A stretch of 64,000 nucleotides of DNA from Eledone cirrhosa. Taxonomy: Eukaryota. The notes under the pieces are model-generated. The model did not search any database. It was not told the DNA's origin and worked only from the letters and a program-made list of their open reading frames with translations. The stretch covers positions 79,608,001-79,672,000 of the forward strand of contig OZ024743.1 of NCBI GenBank assembly GCA_964016885.1. Reading direction: 5' to 3'. Shown piece after piece: positions 25,019-39,832 of the stretch (positions are counted from its first letter, which is position 1; the number at the start of each line of letters is the position of its first letter). The position numbers and the translations under genes are program-made.

Positions 25019-28000
25019 ACAACACACTGATGCCCCCCCCCCCACCCACCCAACAACCCATCCCCCACCCTCATGAAATTGTGCAGCCCGATACCCGGGA
25101 CGCAGAGAGGTAAATTCCTTTTCTCTTCACCACCAACATGGCTATGCTAAGAGTAGGCTGTTTAAATGCGCGTGGCCTGGGCTCAACTTGGAAGCAAGCA
25201 ATGCTTCTAAATGACCTCAGGTCACAACGTATAGATGTGATGGTTATTTGCGAGGCCCGGATCAGCAACGTACGACAGCTGGCCCCCACCTTTGATGACT
25301 TTGAGATGCACGCATCTCTCTGTCAGCCCGGAGGTGGGGGTGGGGTTGTCGTTCTGCTGCAAAAACATCTGGGTCTCGCAACACAGACGGTACATTTGGA
25401 CCCGGAGGGTCGACTAGTGGTTCTGGACCTTGGCAGTGGTGAAGGCGGAGCGTTTAGGTTGGTAGCCGCCTACGGCCCTTTCGGGTCAATGCGGCCGGAC
25501 TTCTTCCATCGTCTGGAGACTTTTCTAGGGACGTCCCGCTCCTTGCTATTAGTGGGGGACTGGAATGGTATCCTAGATGCACGCTGGGACTACGTAGGGG
25601 CCTGTCCCGATAGAGAGGGCTGCAATAGCCTCAAAGGGTTAATCGGTCGATTTGACCTGGCCGATAGATATCGACTAGATTTTCCGACTGCGCCAACCTG
25701 GACTTGGACAAATCGTAGCGGATCATCTAGGTCGTATCTAGATAGGTTCTTAGTTAGAATTAAGGATAAGGACTTTTTAAGTTGTCCAAAAATGCGCATG
25801 GTTGGCTATTCAGACCACAAGTTAGTGACCTGCATGGTCAACCTTGACAGAACTCATAGACAGGGACCCGGTTACTGGAAGCTCAACTTGTCCTTACCGG
25901 CAAGTAAGGCTTACAGGGACCGGATTAGCACTTTAGTTAAGGAGCGGATGACGGGCGCCATCGTCAACAGCAGGTGGTGGGATCTCTCAAAAGAGAGATT
26001 AGAGTAGTCTCTATAGAATTTAGTAAGGAGTTAGCCTCTAATAGAAACAGGAAGGAAAGGGAGTTGGTAGATAGTGTAGAAGAGGCAAATAGAAGCGGCG
26101 ACGTGGCCAGAGTGCTAGCGTCGAGAACGGCCCTGGGCCAGTTCTTCGACGCGAAACACGACGGCTGCATCGTCCGAAGCAAAATACGTGCTCTGGGAAA
26201 CGAGGGGACCAAAGCTGTTAGCTGGGCCCGCGTGACAGAAGCCAAAAGAGGGAGCAGATCCACTATCCGGTCTTTGCGAGACCAGGATGGATGGGTGATC
26301 CTTGAACCTAAGCAGATGTACGAGGCTTTTCAAAAGCACTTTGCCGGATTGTTCGGAAGGAGCGGGGGCCGGTTGGGGATGTGGACTTCGGTCCATACCT
26401 CGACGGCCTGCCGCGTCTCTCGGACAGGGAGGCGAAGTCCTGCGAGGAGCCGATCTCAGCCGCTGAGATAGAGGACGTGCTGAGCCAATGCGGCAAACGC
26501 AAATCCCCGGGTCTCGATGGTCTTCCATACGAACTATATCTAGCTATGCCGGACTTGTTCCCCGATCTCATCGAGGCGGTCTATTGCAACTGGCAACAGA
26601 ACGGGAGAATTCCCTGTGCTGTGACCAAGGGCGTAGTCACGCTAGTGAGGAAGGACGAGAACAAGGGGGACGATATAAATAATTTCAGGCCCATAACTCT
26701 GCTAAATACAGAGTTACAGATTTGGGCCAAGGTGCTAGCAAAGAGGTTGGTGCTTGTCGTGGGCAACCTGGTGGGAGATGCGCAGACATGTGCTATCCCG
26801 TCCAGGTCAATCCACGACAACCCCCACCTCATGCGATACATCATAGAGAGGGTTGGGAACGAACCCGGCTTTGGTGGGGCCCTGATCAACTTGGATCAAT
26901 CTAAGGCATTCGATAGGGTCGACCATGGTTACCTGGATGCGGTGCTAGCGGCGGCAGTCTTCGGACCCGTTTTCAGGGGCTGGATCAATGCCATGCACAG
27001 CAGCCGCTTCTGCTCTAGGGTCAAGGTGAACGGCTACCTCTCGGAGCCGTTCGAAATCGCGCGGTCCATCCGACAGGGGTGCCCTCTCTCCTCCCTTCTG
27101 TATGTAATGACTCTAGAGCCACTGCTGCGGAAGTTGGAGTTGTTGCAGGGCATCCCGTTGGAACCGGGATTGCGGAAAGCGGTGTCGGCCTACGCCGACG
27201 ACGTAACAGTAATGGTGTCTACGGCCTCGGAAATCGGGGCGATCGGCACCTTACTGGAGGAGTACGAAAGGTTTACAGGGGCTAAGCTGAACCGGGACAA
27301 GTCGATCGGTCTGCAACTCGGCACGTGGAGGGGCAGATCGATGCCCTCCGATGGCGTCGTCGGGCGCTGGACGGAGGGCCCGGTGAAGTTGCTCGGGGTC
27401 TGGTTCGGACCAGACCTCCAGGTGGAGAAGAACTGGGGTGAGGTAACGAACAGGGTGTTTGCACTGACCCAGAAGTGGGCCGAGTGCAAACTGTCCCTGA
27501 AAGGTCGGGCGGAGGTGGCGAACACTTATATAGCGTCCGTCATCTACTACCACCTGACCGTTGTGCCTTGCCCAAGTGAAACGCTCGCCAAAATGGAGCG
27601 CGCACTCTTCCAATTCCTTTGGAAGAAGCGGGCTCCTATGGTGAGGAGATCCATCTGCTGTCAACACCCTTCGAAAGGAGGGCTGGGGATGCCGTGGCTA
27701 ATGATACGTAAACACGCATTAAGGCTACGGCACCTCCAGGTATTCCTCTCCGGTCAACCGGTGTAGGCCCCGTTTGTGAGGCGAGCCTTTCCCAGACTCG
27801 ACTCACTCACCGAGCTGCAATCCTGGGTCAAGCAAAGACCGAGAAAACTGGGCGCCTGGCACACCGAGTGTGCCCAGGCGCTCACGGCTCTATGGCAGGC
27901 GGACCCGACTGTCAGTGGAGAATCCACCTCGTCATTTTATAGAGGGCTGGTGCGACGACGCCCTCGGAGAAGCCCTAGGCATGGAGGAAGACGAACTGGC

Positions 28001-28829
28001 CAACCTGTTCGGTAGGACATTCAGCCCGGGACCCATGGATAACTTCCAGAGGTCCCTGGCCTGGCAGTGCTACAGAAGGGCTCTGCCCGTTCGAGAAAGG
28101 CTCTACAGACACGGGCGCCGGGGTAGGGACCCCTCGAAAAAGATCTGTCCCAGATGCGTGTGCGACGAGGAAACCGTTGCACACGCATTGGTACACTGCT
28201 CGGGCATTGCTGATCTGTGGGGCTATGTCGAACAACTGCTGTCAAGGGTGGGACCGATCCGGTTGACCACCGAGTCTATTGTAACGATCAAGCCGCCTCC
28301 CCTCTTCAAAAACGAAGGAGAGGCGGTGTTTCTGTGCGTAATAGCCATGGCGAAAGAGGTTATATGGTGGACGCGTCTGAAAGGACTGAGGTCAGACACC
28401 TTTCTCTCTCGCCAACAACTGGTCCGTTTCTTCCGATATCATTTCGGAAGAAGGATCAGGATGGAGAGAGAGGTGCTGCACCCCAACCCCAGCCGTTTTT
28501 ATGAAAGATGGGTGAAAGTGGCGAGAATGGCCCGTGTGAATAGGCCTTCACTCTACATCAGACTATAGGTGAGGAAGATGAAAGACCAAGGGAGCACCCC
28601 TTTTCTGTGATCCTGAGGAAAAGGGTTGCACACTTTTTTCGGGGGTGTGTGCGACCCCCCCAGGCGCCTCCTCTCTATTGAGGATTTTGTTATATATTTT
28701 ATTTTGTCATATTTTATTTTACTTTTATATTTTGTTATTGCCTCCTCCTTATTGAGGACGCCTTGTTTTGTAAACTTCCCCCTTTGTACTTGTCCCACTT
28801 TTGATGCCCTGGTGGCAAATAAAAGAAAC
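25019..28829 (+). mobile_element. Tx1-clade (L1 group) LINE, near-complete ORF2 with frameshifts
   Basis: APE endonuclease (CLNARGL, VGDWN, SYLDRF, SDHK) from 25138, RT (KSPGLDG, FRPITLLN, KAFDRV, RQGCPLS, YADDV) and C-terminal CPRC...HALVHC zinc knuckle. About 3 frameshifts and a TAG at 27764. Ends in AATAAAAGAAA. Confidence 0.93.
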
Positions 28830-29630
28830 ATCTATCTACTACGTCTCTCTCTCCCCCTTCTATCTATCTACTACGTCTCTCTCTCTCCCTTCTATTTATC
28901 TACTACGTCTCTCTCTCCCCCTTCTATCTATCTACTACGTCTCTCTCTCTCCCCTTCTATCTATCTACTACGTCTCTCTCTCTCCCTTCTATCTATCTAC
29001 TACGTCTCTCTCTCTCCCTTCTATCTATCTACTACGTCTCTCTCTCTCCCTTTCTATCTATCTACTACGTCTCTCTCTCTCCCTTTCTATCTATCTACTA
29101 CGTCTCTCTCTCCCCTTCTATCTATCTACTACGTCTCTCTCCCCCTTCTATCTATTTACTACGTCTCTCTCTCTCCCCCTTCTATCTATTTACTACGTCT
29201 CTCTCTCCCCCTTCTATCTATCTACTATGTCTCTCTCTCCCCCTTCTATCTATCTACTACGTCTCTCTCTCCCTTTCTATCTATCTACTACGTCTCTCTC
29301 TCCCCCTTCTATCTATCTACTAGGTCTCTCTCTCCCCCTTCTATCTATCTGCTACGTCTCTCTCTCTCCCTTTCTATCTATATACTACGTCTCTCTCTCT
29401 CCCCTTCTATCTATCTACTACGTCTCTCTCTCCCCCTTCTATCTATCTACTACGTCTCTCTCTCCCCCTTCTATCTATCTACTACCTCTCTCTCTCTCCC
29501 TTTCTATCTATCGACTACGTCTCTCTCTCCCCCTTCTATCTATCTACTACGTCTCTCTCTCTCCCTTTCTATCTATCTACCACACCTCTCTCTTCATATC
29601 CACACAGTCTCTCTATCTATCTACTGAGTT
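28830..29630. repeat. ~31-bp pyrimidine-rich minisatellite, right part
   Basis: About 25 copies of the same unit as 24800-25018. Confidence 0.95.
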
Positions 29631-29638
29631 TCTCTATT

Positions 29639-29699
<61 letters not shown>

Positions 29700-30116
29700 G
29701 TCTACATCTACTCTCTCTCTCTCTCTATCTACTACGTCTCTCTCTCCTTCTCTCGCTATCTCTGTCTATCACTACCTATTCTCTTTCTTTCTCTCTCACT
29801 CTTTTTCTTTCTCTATATATCTCTCTACTCTCTCTCCCTCTCCTTCTCTTACTATCTCTCCCTAACTCTCCCTAACTCTATCTACTCTCTTTTTCTCTCC
29901 CTAATTCTATCTACTACCTCTATCTACTCTCTCTCACTTAGCAGATTTATATTTGGAAATAAATCTCTACCTCTATCTCACAAGGAACTCCCCCTTCTCT
30001 CTCTTTTTGTCTCTCTCTCTCTCTCTCTCTTTTTGTCTTTCTCGCTCTCTCTCTGTCACTCTACACACACACACATAATATATATATATATATAAAGGCA
30101 CACACACCCTGATATA

Positions 30117-30175
<59 letters not shown>

Positions 30176-30632
30176 CGGGGGTACATTGATTGTACCCTCA
30201 GATATATATTAACCTTATTCAACAATCTCCAGTATGTAGAGATAAATCTTGTCGTTCTATTTAGTTACTAAAAATCTTTTTTAGTGGCGATTATAGACGG
30301 CTAGTCTACGATTTCCCGCCTTCACTATACACCAATGTATTTACGGGTCACTTTCACGACCTTTCAGACCTGTATTAGTTGGAGTGAGGTCATATATTTT
30401 GTCGTTCCTGGGGTTTTTAACCCTAGGACAGGAAAATGCTTCTCTGATGATCGTTGCTTTTCCATTAATATCCTCGTGATATTTAATGTTTTGCACCGTG
30501 AAACTGTACAGTTAGGGCCATTTGAATAGGTAAATATTTATATTATATTTTTTAATTTTGATTAATTTTAATTGTATATTAATTTTGATTTATTTTGAAA
30601 AATTGGTTGAATTTTACTTGTTTTGCTTATCT

Positions 30633-30719
<87 letters not shown>

Positions 30720-32286
30720 ATTCATGTTTATTGAAAACAACAATGTACTTCAGTTCGATCAGTTTTTATTAAAGATTTTCATATTTACTGCTAAGTAATT
30801 TTATGTTTAGTTTAGCCTTTCTAAATCCACATCTGTAGTAATGTCACGAGACTTTCAAAGCCCCATCTTCAGAATCAGAAGGATCATACTAGTGACATAT
30901 TGGTCACATGATTAGTAATGGTTGTAAAGAATCATGGGAATGGTAGGAAAACGTGGACTCCTGATTAAATATTTCTCAGCAGTTATCACAATAAGCTTCA
31001 CGTATGCGGTACTTATGTGTTAATTTTCTGTGTATATTCTAAAATTAGTAGAGGTTCCTAAGCTATTCACCTCATTTTGTGTAGAAATCTCTATTGAATT
31101 ATAGTGTTATCAACTATTGTTGTGCTATTTAATCGTTTTGCATGTACTGTATTATATGCTGTGATGGCTTTTTGTTGTATGTGTATGGTTATTCTACGAG
31201 ACGTGTTCGTGTTTGTTTGACCAATGTAACAAATTTGGTCACGGAGTTAAACACGACATCGTAGACTGGTTAAAAAGAGAATGTAGTAGAGATGACCAAT
31301 ATGATATATAAACTTTAATGTAAACATGATGGTTGTATCTTCATACATGTAGCTACATTAATCTACATATAAGAATCAGTAAATGAAGAATGAACGTAGC
31401 GACACCACAACATCTGTCTGTGCACATATGTGTAACAAAACAAACAACATTAACAAACTCAACTTACAAAGCAGCCATTTTATTTGCTTATATTTCTCGC
31501 TGTGTAAAAATATAAAGACAGATCGAAAATATTTTCTGTAATTTTCAAAAGTTAAATAAATATCAACCAGATTAAATAAGAAAAAAGAAAATGTTATTCT
31601 GAACTTGAATTTCACCAGAACTCAACAAGCAACAATAACAGCAAGCCGGGTGTGTCACGTCACTTGGCAACATAACGTTCTCATAAAATATAATTAAAAT
31701 AAAACTAAGAGTTTTTAACGAAAAGGAAAATTACCAATTATAAACATGAAGTTAAAATGTTATGTTTTTAGTTTGTGTTAGTTTGAAGCCAGGGCAATCA
31801 GCAATTCACAGCATTGAATGAGAAATTTTAACCCCCGCCATTACAACTATTAAATTATTATTTTTATATAAAATTCAAGTCATTTAGTAATTTATTAAAC
31901 ACATCTGTTTATAATTGCCTGTTTATGAATATCAGTATATATGCTAAAAACACATCCACTCATATATATACACGCTCACACATTTACGTATACACATGTA
32001 TATACATATTTATTCAGATAGAATTATACACACAAACAAGGTCGTACACCGTTAATCTATTAATGGCGGCTGAAATAAATGAGTGAAAGAACTAATTTTA
32101 ATGACTTCCGGTCTATGTCAACACTAAAATGTCAACATGTTTACAAGAAATACTTGCAGACGACAAGGTGTATATTGCTGCTTTCTATAAGTTTACTTCG
32201 AGTTGGAAAATTATTTATATATATATACAGCAATATATAATATAGAAATGGCTTCTACAGGAGTAGAACTGTTTCATTCGTATGAA

Positions 32287-32331
<45 letters not shown>

Positions 32332-33629
32332 AATATATACATATATATTTATATATACATATCATATATATATATATATATTATCTATATATATATTTAT
32401 ACATACATATATGATAAATAATATGTATATATAAATACATATATATATATGAGTGTGTGTGTGTGTGTGTGTGTATACTCATGCATATAAACATGCTCAT
32501 ATGTATGCACATACTAACTCAATGTGGCATAAGGTTGTTAAAAAACTCCCAGTCTTTATTTATACTACTGTATAAGACGCATGTCTATGAGAAGTTCCAT
32601 CTTTCATATTTAGTTGGTATCTATTTCTTAGCTGTGTAAACTGTGTAAAATGTTGCAACTATCGTTAAACGCCTCTTCCCAGAATATATAATAGAGCAAC
32701 CATATATGCCAAGTAATCGTGATAGGAGGGTCACGTGTTGTTATCCAATCTATTCCACTTTTGCCAGTCTTAACACGATAAGAAAGTAAACAGTTCTATA
32801 TATTCCAGTCTTTTATTGATTACATACTGTATCACCTCTGACGTTTCAGCTATCCTTATAACTTTCTTATAGTTTTCTTATAGTCTTACTCCCCCAGCCC
32901 CGCTCTCGATGGAATTCCTGCAGCATAGCTTGCCAATCTTATTGTAAACTCTGCCTTTTGTTAAGACTTTCAAAGCCAAACCATGTTTAGCATGTTTTTC
33001 AGTTTAAAGACAGCGCCTTTGCTTCTATTGCGCGCTCTCATACTCTTTCAACAATGCACTTCTAATTAACCAGCCCATTCTTCATGACTGACTTGCAGAA
33101 ACTGCTCTGTCGATTTGCCAATATTTTCCACTACATTCTGAAATAATGATTCTCCAGCCTCTATCTTCTGAAATAATAATTCTCCAACCGGCCTCTATCT
33201 TCGGAAATATACTGTTTCATTTCCTTACAAAACATTCACCTATAGGAATTTCGTTCCCACAGAGTGATCGACGATTTAGCTAAGAATTGTAAATCACTAT
33301 TCCCTTTTCCATCCAAACTACGTCCTGCTTAAGATTTTTAATATAGATAGAAACAAATTAGGGAGTAGCTATGCTATTTTAAGCTACAGTAGTCCAACGA
33401 AATACAGAGAAAATGTGTTTTGGGTTCAAACAGCGTGGAGGTAGAGTTTATTTTTCATCGTTTCTTTTTTATTTTATATTCTTTTATTGGTTTCTGTTAT
33501 TAGGTAGCCATGTTAGGACAGCACGTCTTTGATTAGTTGATCATATCGACAGGAATAGTTCATTTTTCAACTTTGGTACTTATTTTATATCGATTGCCTT
33601 TTAGTCGAACTGCTAAATATCGTGACATA

Positions 33630-33725
<96 letters not shown>

Positions 33726-33788
33726 TATATATATATATATATGATATATATATATATAAATATATATTTATATACATATATATATATG

Positions 33789-33879
<91 letters not shown>

Positions 33880-34175
33880 TGAGCTTCAGCAGTTTCCACT
33901 GGTCATTTCTATTGATATATATATATGTCTTAATGAGAGAACTGGTCAGCCGGAAATGATGTTGTCTATTCTGTCTTTCCTTTGATTATATAGACCCTGA
34001 AGTTGACGTCAACTTCCTGTTGATTGTTTTAATTTCATTTTGTCAGTTTATTTGTCGACAGCGCCCCCTATCACACCATCATGAGGTACGGCTCCAAACA
34101 TACATGCCATTTATTTCTGCTTTCACTCCTAACGAACTCTCTTTCTCTCTCTCTCTCTCTCTTTCTCTCTATATA

Positions 34176-34283
<108 letters not shown>

Positions 34284-34374
34284 AAAGAATAGAGGTGTAA
34301 CACACAAGTTATTATATATTGGTAAACGGAATAGAAAATGCTGACAAATTGTTAACAGTGAAAAATAGTTTAAT

Positions 34375-34629
34375 TAGGAATAAATGAGAATTAGTAATTG
34401 TATTGGTTAGTATTCAGTTTTGGTTTTAAGTTTTACCGGTTGCGCATTTCTAATGCTTTTCAAAAATAATTTTGAGATAGAGCGTCCGTGATGTTTGCTC
34501 TGATCCAGAGCAAACATCACGGACGCTCTATCTCAAAATTATTTTTGAAAAGCATTAGAAATGCGCAACCGGTAAAACTTAAAACCAAAACTGAATACTA
34601 ACCAATACAATTACTAATTCTCATTTATT

Positions 34630-34633
<4 letters not shown>
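34375..34633. repeat. Near-perfect fold-back, ~128-bp arms
   Basis: TAGGAATAAATGAG...GATGTTTGCTCTG / CAGAGCAAACATC...CTCATTTATTCCTA, flanked by (TA)n. Confidence 0.92.
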
Positions 34634-34666
<33 letters not shown>

Positions 34667-34772
34667 AGGGAGTGTAACTTGGAGTTACTGTAGGTTGACC
34701 CGGGTGACCACTCGATGGTTAGTTTCACTTCAGTGTCGAGGTGTAGAGCTATACAGAGTGTATTATATTGAA

Positions 34773-35022
34773 AAGATAACAAGGACGATTGGTTACTCCT
34801 TCATTACGTTTATTGGTTGGTGACGCGCGTTTCGCCACTGATCAGCTCATGGTTCGATCTGTATCGATCTGACCCGACTCTGTAATCTGCGGGTCTGACG
34901 AGCCGCGGATTACAGAGTCGGGATAGATCGATACAGATCGAACCATGAGCTGATCAGTGGCGAAACGCGCGTCACCAACCAATAAACGTAATGAAGGAGT
35001 AACCAATCGTCCTTGTTATCTT
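34773..35022. repeat. Fold-back, ~120-bp arms, containing a hammerhead
   Basis: AAGATAACAAGGACG...CGTCCTTGTTATCTT, with loop GTCTGACGAG. Confidence 0.92.
34891..34977 (+). ncRNA. Type I hammerhead ribozyme with long stem II
   Basis: GGT-CTGACGA-GCCGCGGAT...ATCAGTGGC-GAAA-CGCGCG-TC-ACC, with palindromic stem III ACGCGCGT. Confidence 0.65.
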
Positions 35023-35668
35023 ATTTCACTAAAAATATATATATATCAATCTCTCTCTCTTTCTCTCTATATATCAATACATCTCTCTCTCTTTCTCTCT
35101 ATATCTATCAATCAATCTCTCTCTTTCTCTCTATATATATCAATCTCTCTCTCTCTTTCTCTCTATATATAACAATCAATCTCTCTCATTATCTCTCTAT
35201 ATATCAATCAATCTCTCTCTTTCTCTCTCTATATATCAATCCATCTCTCTCTCCTTCTCTTGCTTCTCACTTTGATATGGACAGTTACCACCCACCCTCT
35301 CTCTTTATCTCTCTCTCTCTCTCTTTTATTCTCACTTAGTTATCATCAGTTATTCCTCTCTTTCATCCCTCCCCTTCTATCTTTACATCTCACTCTCTTT
35401 CTCCCTCTCTGTCTTTACATCTCACTCTCTTTCTCTCTCTCTTTCCTTCTCACTTTGATATCAACAGTTATTGGTTCCTTTTTCTCTCACACTTTAGTGC
35501 CTATCTTTCCACTCCCTCTCTCTACCTGTTTTACTCTCTCCCACTCCATCTCTCTACCTGATTTACTCTCTCTACTTGTTTTACTCTCTCTCTCTACCTG
35601 TTTACTCTCTCTCTCTCTCTACTTGTTTTACTCTCTGTCTCTACCTTTTTTAGTCTCCTTACCTATTT

Positions 35669-35712
<44 letters not shown>

Positions 35713-35767
35713 CTCTTTTATGCCCAAATCCTTTTTTCTTCTATATTTTTCTTACTGTTATTCTTAC

Positions 35768-37698
35768 ATTGAATATCTATGGATATCATATATTGAATAC
35801 CTATGGATATCATATATTGAATATCTATGGATATCATATATTGAATACCTATGGATATCATATATTGAATATCTATGAATATCATATATTGAATATCTAT
35901 GGATATCATATATTGAATATCTATGGATATCATATATTGAATATCTATGGATATCATATATTGAATATCTATGGATATCATATATTGAATATCTATGGAT
36001 ATCATATATTGAATATCTATGGATATCATATATTGAATTATCTATGGATATCATATATTGAATATCTATGGATATCATATATTGAATATCTATGGATATC
36101 ATATATTGAATATCTATGGATATCATATATTGAATATCTATGGATATCATATATTGAATATCTATTGATATCATATATTGAATATCTATTGATATCATAT
36201 ATTGAATATCTATGGATATCATATATTGAATATCTATGGATATCATATATTGAATACCTATGGATATCATATATTGAATATCTATGAATATCATATATTG
36301 AATATCTATGGATATCATATATTGAATATCTATGGATATCATATATTGAATATCTATGGATATCATATATTGAATATCTATGGATATCATATATTGAATA
36401 TCTATGGATATCATATATTGAATATCTATGGATATCATATATTGAATTATCTATGGATATCATATATTGAATATCTATGGATATCATATATTGAATATCT
36501 ATGGATATCATATATTGAATATCTATGGATATCATATATTGAATATCTATGGATATCATATATTGAATATCTATGGATATCATATATTGAATATCTATGG
36601 ATATCATATATTGAATACCTATGGATATCATATATTGAATACCTATGGATATCATATATTGAATATCTATGGATATCATATATTGAATATCTATGGATAT
36701 CATATATTGAATACCTATGGATATCATATATTGAATATCTATGGATATCATATATTGAATATCTATGGATATCATATATTGAATATCTATGGATATCATA
36801 TATTGAATTATCTATGGATATCATATATTGAATATCTATGGATATCATATATTGAATATCTATGGATATCATATATTGAATATCTATGGATATCATATAT
36901 TGAATATCTATGGATATCATATATTGAATATCTATGGATATCATATATTGAATATCTATGGATATCATATATTGAATATCTATGGATATCATATATTGAA
37001 TACCTATGGATATCATATATTGAATATCTATGAATATCATATATTGAATATCTATGGATATCATATATTGAATATCTATGGATATCATATATTGAATATC
37101 TATGGATATCATATATTGAATATCTATGGATATCATATATTGAATATCTATGGATATCATATATTGAATATCTATGGATATCATATATTGAATTATCTAT
37201 GGATATCATATATTGAATATCTATGGATATCATATATTGAATATCTATGGATATCATATATTGAATATCTATGGATATCATATATTGAATATCTATGGAT
37301 ATCATATATTGAATATCTATGGATATCATATATTGAATATCTATGGATATCATATATTGAATACCTATGGATATCATATATTGAATACCTATGGATATCA
37401 TATATTGAATATCTATGGATATCATATATTGAATATCTATGGATATCATATATTGAATACCTATGGATATCATATATTGAATATCTATGGATATCATATA
37501 TTGAATATCTATGGATATCATATATTGAATATCTATGGATATCATATATTGAATTATCTATGGATATCATATATTGAATATCTATGGATATCATATATTG
37601 AATATCTATGGATATCATATATTGAATATCTATGGATATCATATATTGAATATCTATGGATATCATATATTGAATATCTATGGATATCATATATTGAA
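35768..37698. repeat. 24-bp minisatellite (~80 copies) with higher-order structure
   Basis: Unit TATTGAATATCTATGGATATCATA. +T variants at about 36038, 36447, 36808, 37193 and 37554. Confidence 0.97.
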
Positions 37699-37704
37699 TG
37701 TGTA

Positions 37705-37830
37705 TATATATATACATAAATGGCAATTTCTGTCTGTTTGCTTGTGAACCTAAAACTAAAAAACTACCAAACCGGTCTTGATGAAACTTGACACGTGTGT
37801 GGGGGCTCATGCCCATTTGATTTCGTACAT
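37705..37830 (+). mobile_element. Possible non-autonomous Helitron/DINE-like 5' end
   Basis: TATATACATAAATG...CTGTCTGTTTG...ACCGGTCTTGATGAAACTTGACAC resembles these families. The 3' end was not located. Confidence 0.35.
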
Positions 37831-38339
37831 ATATTTTATTTTATTGAAAGGGTTCCCCGGGGGTTAAAACCCGCGCTGAGAACCCTCGCTTAATGTTTTC
37901 CCTTCGATTTATATGAAATTTAAACCATAGCTAAATGACAAGATATGATGCTTATTCACAAAATTTCAGCAAATTTCAATAATATTAAGACACCCTAATG
38001 GGGGTTCTATTTTTTTCCTTATAGCAACACTCAACATCCCTGACAAACATTTATTCGCCTGACCAATGCAATCAACAATATTTGTTTGTATTATTGTTTT
38101 GTAAATGAATTTGTCTTCGCTTTTGATTATCTGTCCTATATTTTGATTTCACTTTTGGTCTGAGAGGCATTGGGCATTTTAATGGGAACTGGGAATACCC
38201 CCCCCCCCCTCCCAGCTCCCGGTTATTACCGGGTACATCAGCTAGTATATCATATATTAGAAGTTTGTGCATTTTATATTCAAGGTGTGTTTATTTTATA
38301 TATTGAAAGTATGTGTATATTATATACCAAATATGTTTA

Positions 38340-38810
38340 TTATGTATCAAATGCGTGTATGTATTATGGTAGAGAAATATGGACAGTGGCTGTAGAGAAC
38401 ATGAGTAGGTGGGAGAGAAAGGAAACAACAAGGCTTCGTTTGATTTGTAATGTCAGTGTGAGAGAAAGTCAGTGCTTGGTTGAACTGAGGGAGAATCTGG
38501 GTTCAAGAGGAATCCGAGGTGGTGGGCAGGAGAGGAGATTGCATTGGTACAGACATGTGAGGTGCATGGATGATGATTGATGGGTGAAGAAATGAAAGGA
38601 AATCCTATTGGAAAGAAGCTACAATAGAGGTAGTCCAGGTAAGACATGGCTAGAGGTTGGGAGAGCTGACATGAAATTGCTGAGATTCACAGGATATGAC
38701 GAAGGAACGCAGTAAGTGGAGAGATGCCGTCCAACCCATGCGAGCGTGGAAAAACGGACGTAAAAACAATGATGATGATGATGATGATAAGGATGATGAT
38801 GATTATGATA
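38340..38810 (+). mobile_element. RTE-clade LINE 3' fragment
   Basis: YYGREIWTV...LRLICNVS...ELRENLG...RRLHWYRHV, followed by an (ATG)n tail. Confidence 0.8.
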
Positions 38811-38934
38811 CATATACCTGTAAAATATAATACATTCATATATATATATATATATATCTTCCTGCTATTTCAAGCGTTAACCTAATATATTCCTTCCATA
38901 TACTGTACCGTTTGTTTTGTTATATCTGTTTACC

Positions 38935-39032
<98 letters not shown>

Positions 39033-39108
39033 CAAAGGAATTGTAGTAAGGATCCAAATGGATCATAACGCACCAGAGTACTCAATACTTAGGGTAGTAC
39101 AGTGGGAA

Positions 39109-39220
39109 ATAGGAAAAAGTATGACCCGACGGCAGAGCTCAAGCCGTTTCGACGGCTATTTCAGTCCAGAAATAGCCGTCGAAACGGCTTGATCTCTGCC
39201 GCCGGGGTCATACTTTTTCC

Positions 39221-39223
<3 letters not shown>
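39109..39223. repeat. Fold-back, ~54-bp arms
   Basis: ATAGGAAAAAGTATGACCC...GGCTATTTC / GAAATAGCC...GGGTCATACTTTTTCCTAT, abutting (TA)n. Confidence 0.85.
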
Positions 39224-39280
<57 letters not shown>

Positions 39281-39573
39281 TAGATTTATCTTTGTTATGT
39301 ATAAAATGTATATGGATTTTATATCTAACAAATGTGTATTATAATTCTGTAAAAAACAACCCAATTATTCGTGAATCAGGTCAAGAGACATAGTGATGAA
39401 ACGATAGTAATTCAGAGTTATCTCGCCCTTGATATCTAACAGAAGTGATTATTATAATTATTAATAGTAATGGCATCATTATTTAAACGATACATTTTGA
39501 AATGAATATTTTAAGAATACATAAATATATTTTACACACACACTATATATACATACAAACGTTTATATACATG

Positions 39574-39661
<88 letters not shown>

Positions 39662-39832
39662 TATATATATATATGAATATATTGTTATACTTTGGGAGGG
39701 TCATATTGCCAATAAGAAACACACGCACCAGTTGCTTTCACTTTAATTTATTATAATAAATTTATAAATTTAGGAATTTATAAATTTCCGGTTGGTTTGT
39801 TGGTTCCACAACCAGATGATTGTTTATATATT

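Noticed and set aside
28626-29640. 333-aa and 279-aa Ser/Leu/Tyr-rich ORFs
   Set aside because: Translations of the pyrimidine-rich minisatellite.
35718-37816. Long repetitive ORFs (IDIQYMIS)n and a CRISPR-like appearance
   Set aside because: Contiguous 24-bp tandem units with no unique spacers and no cas genes.
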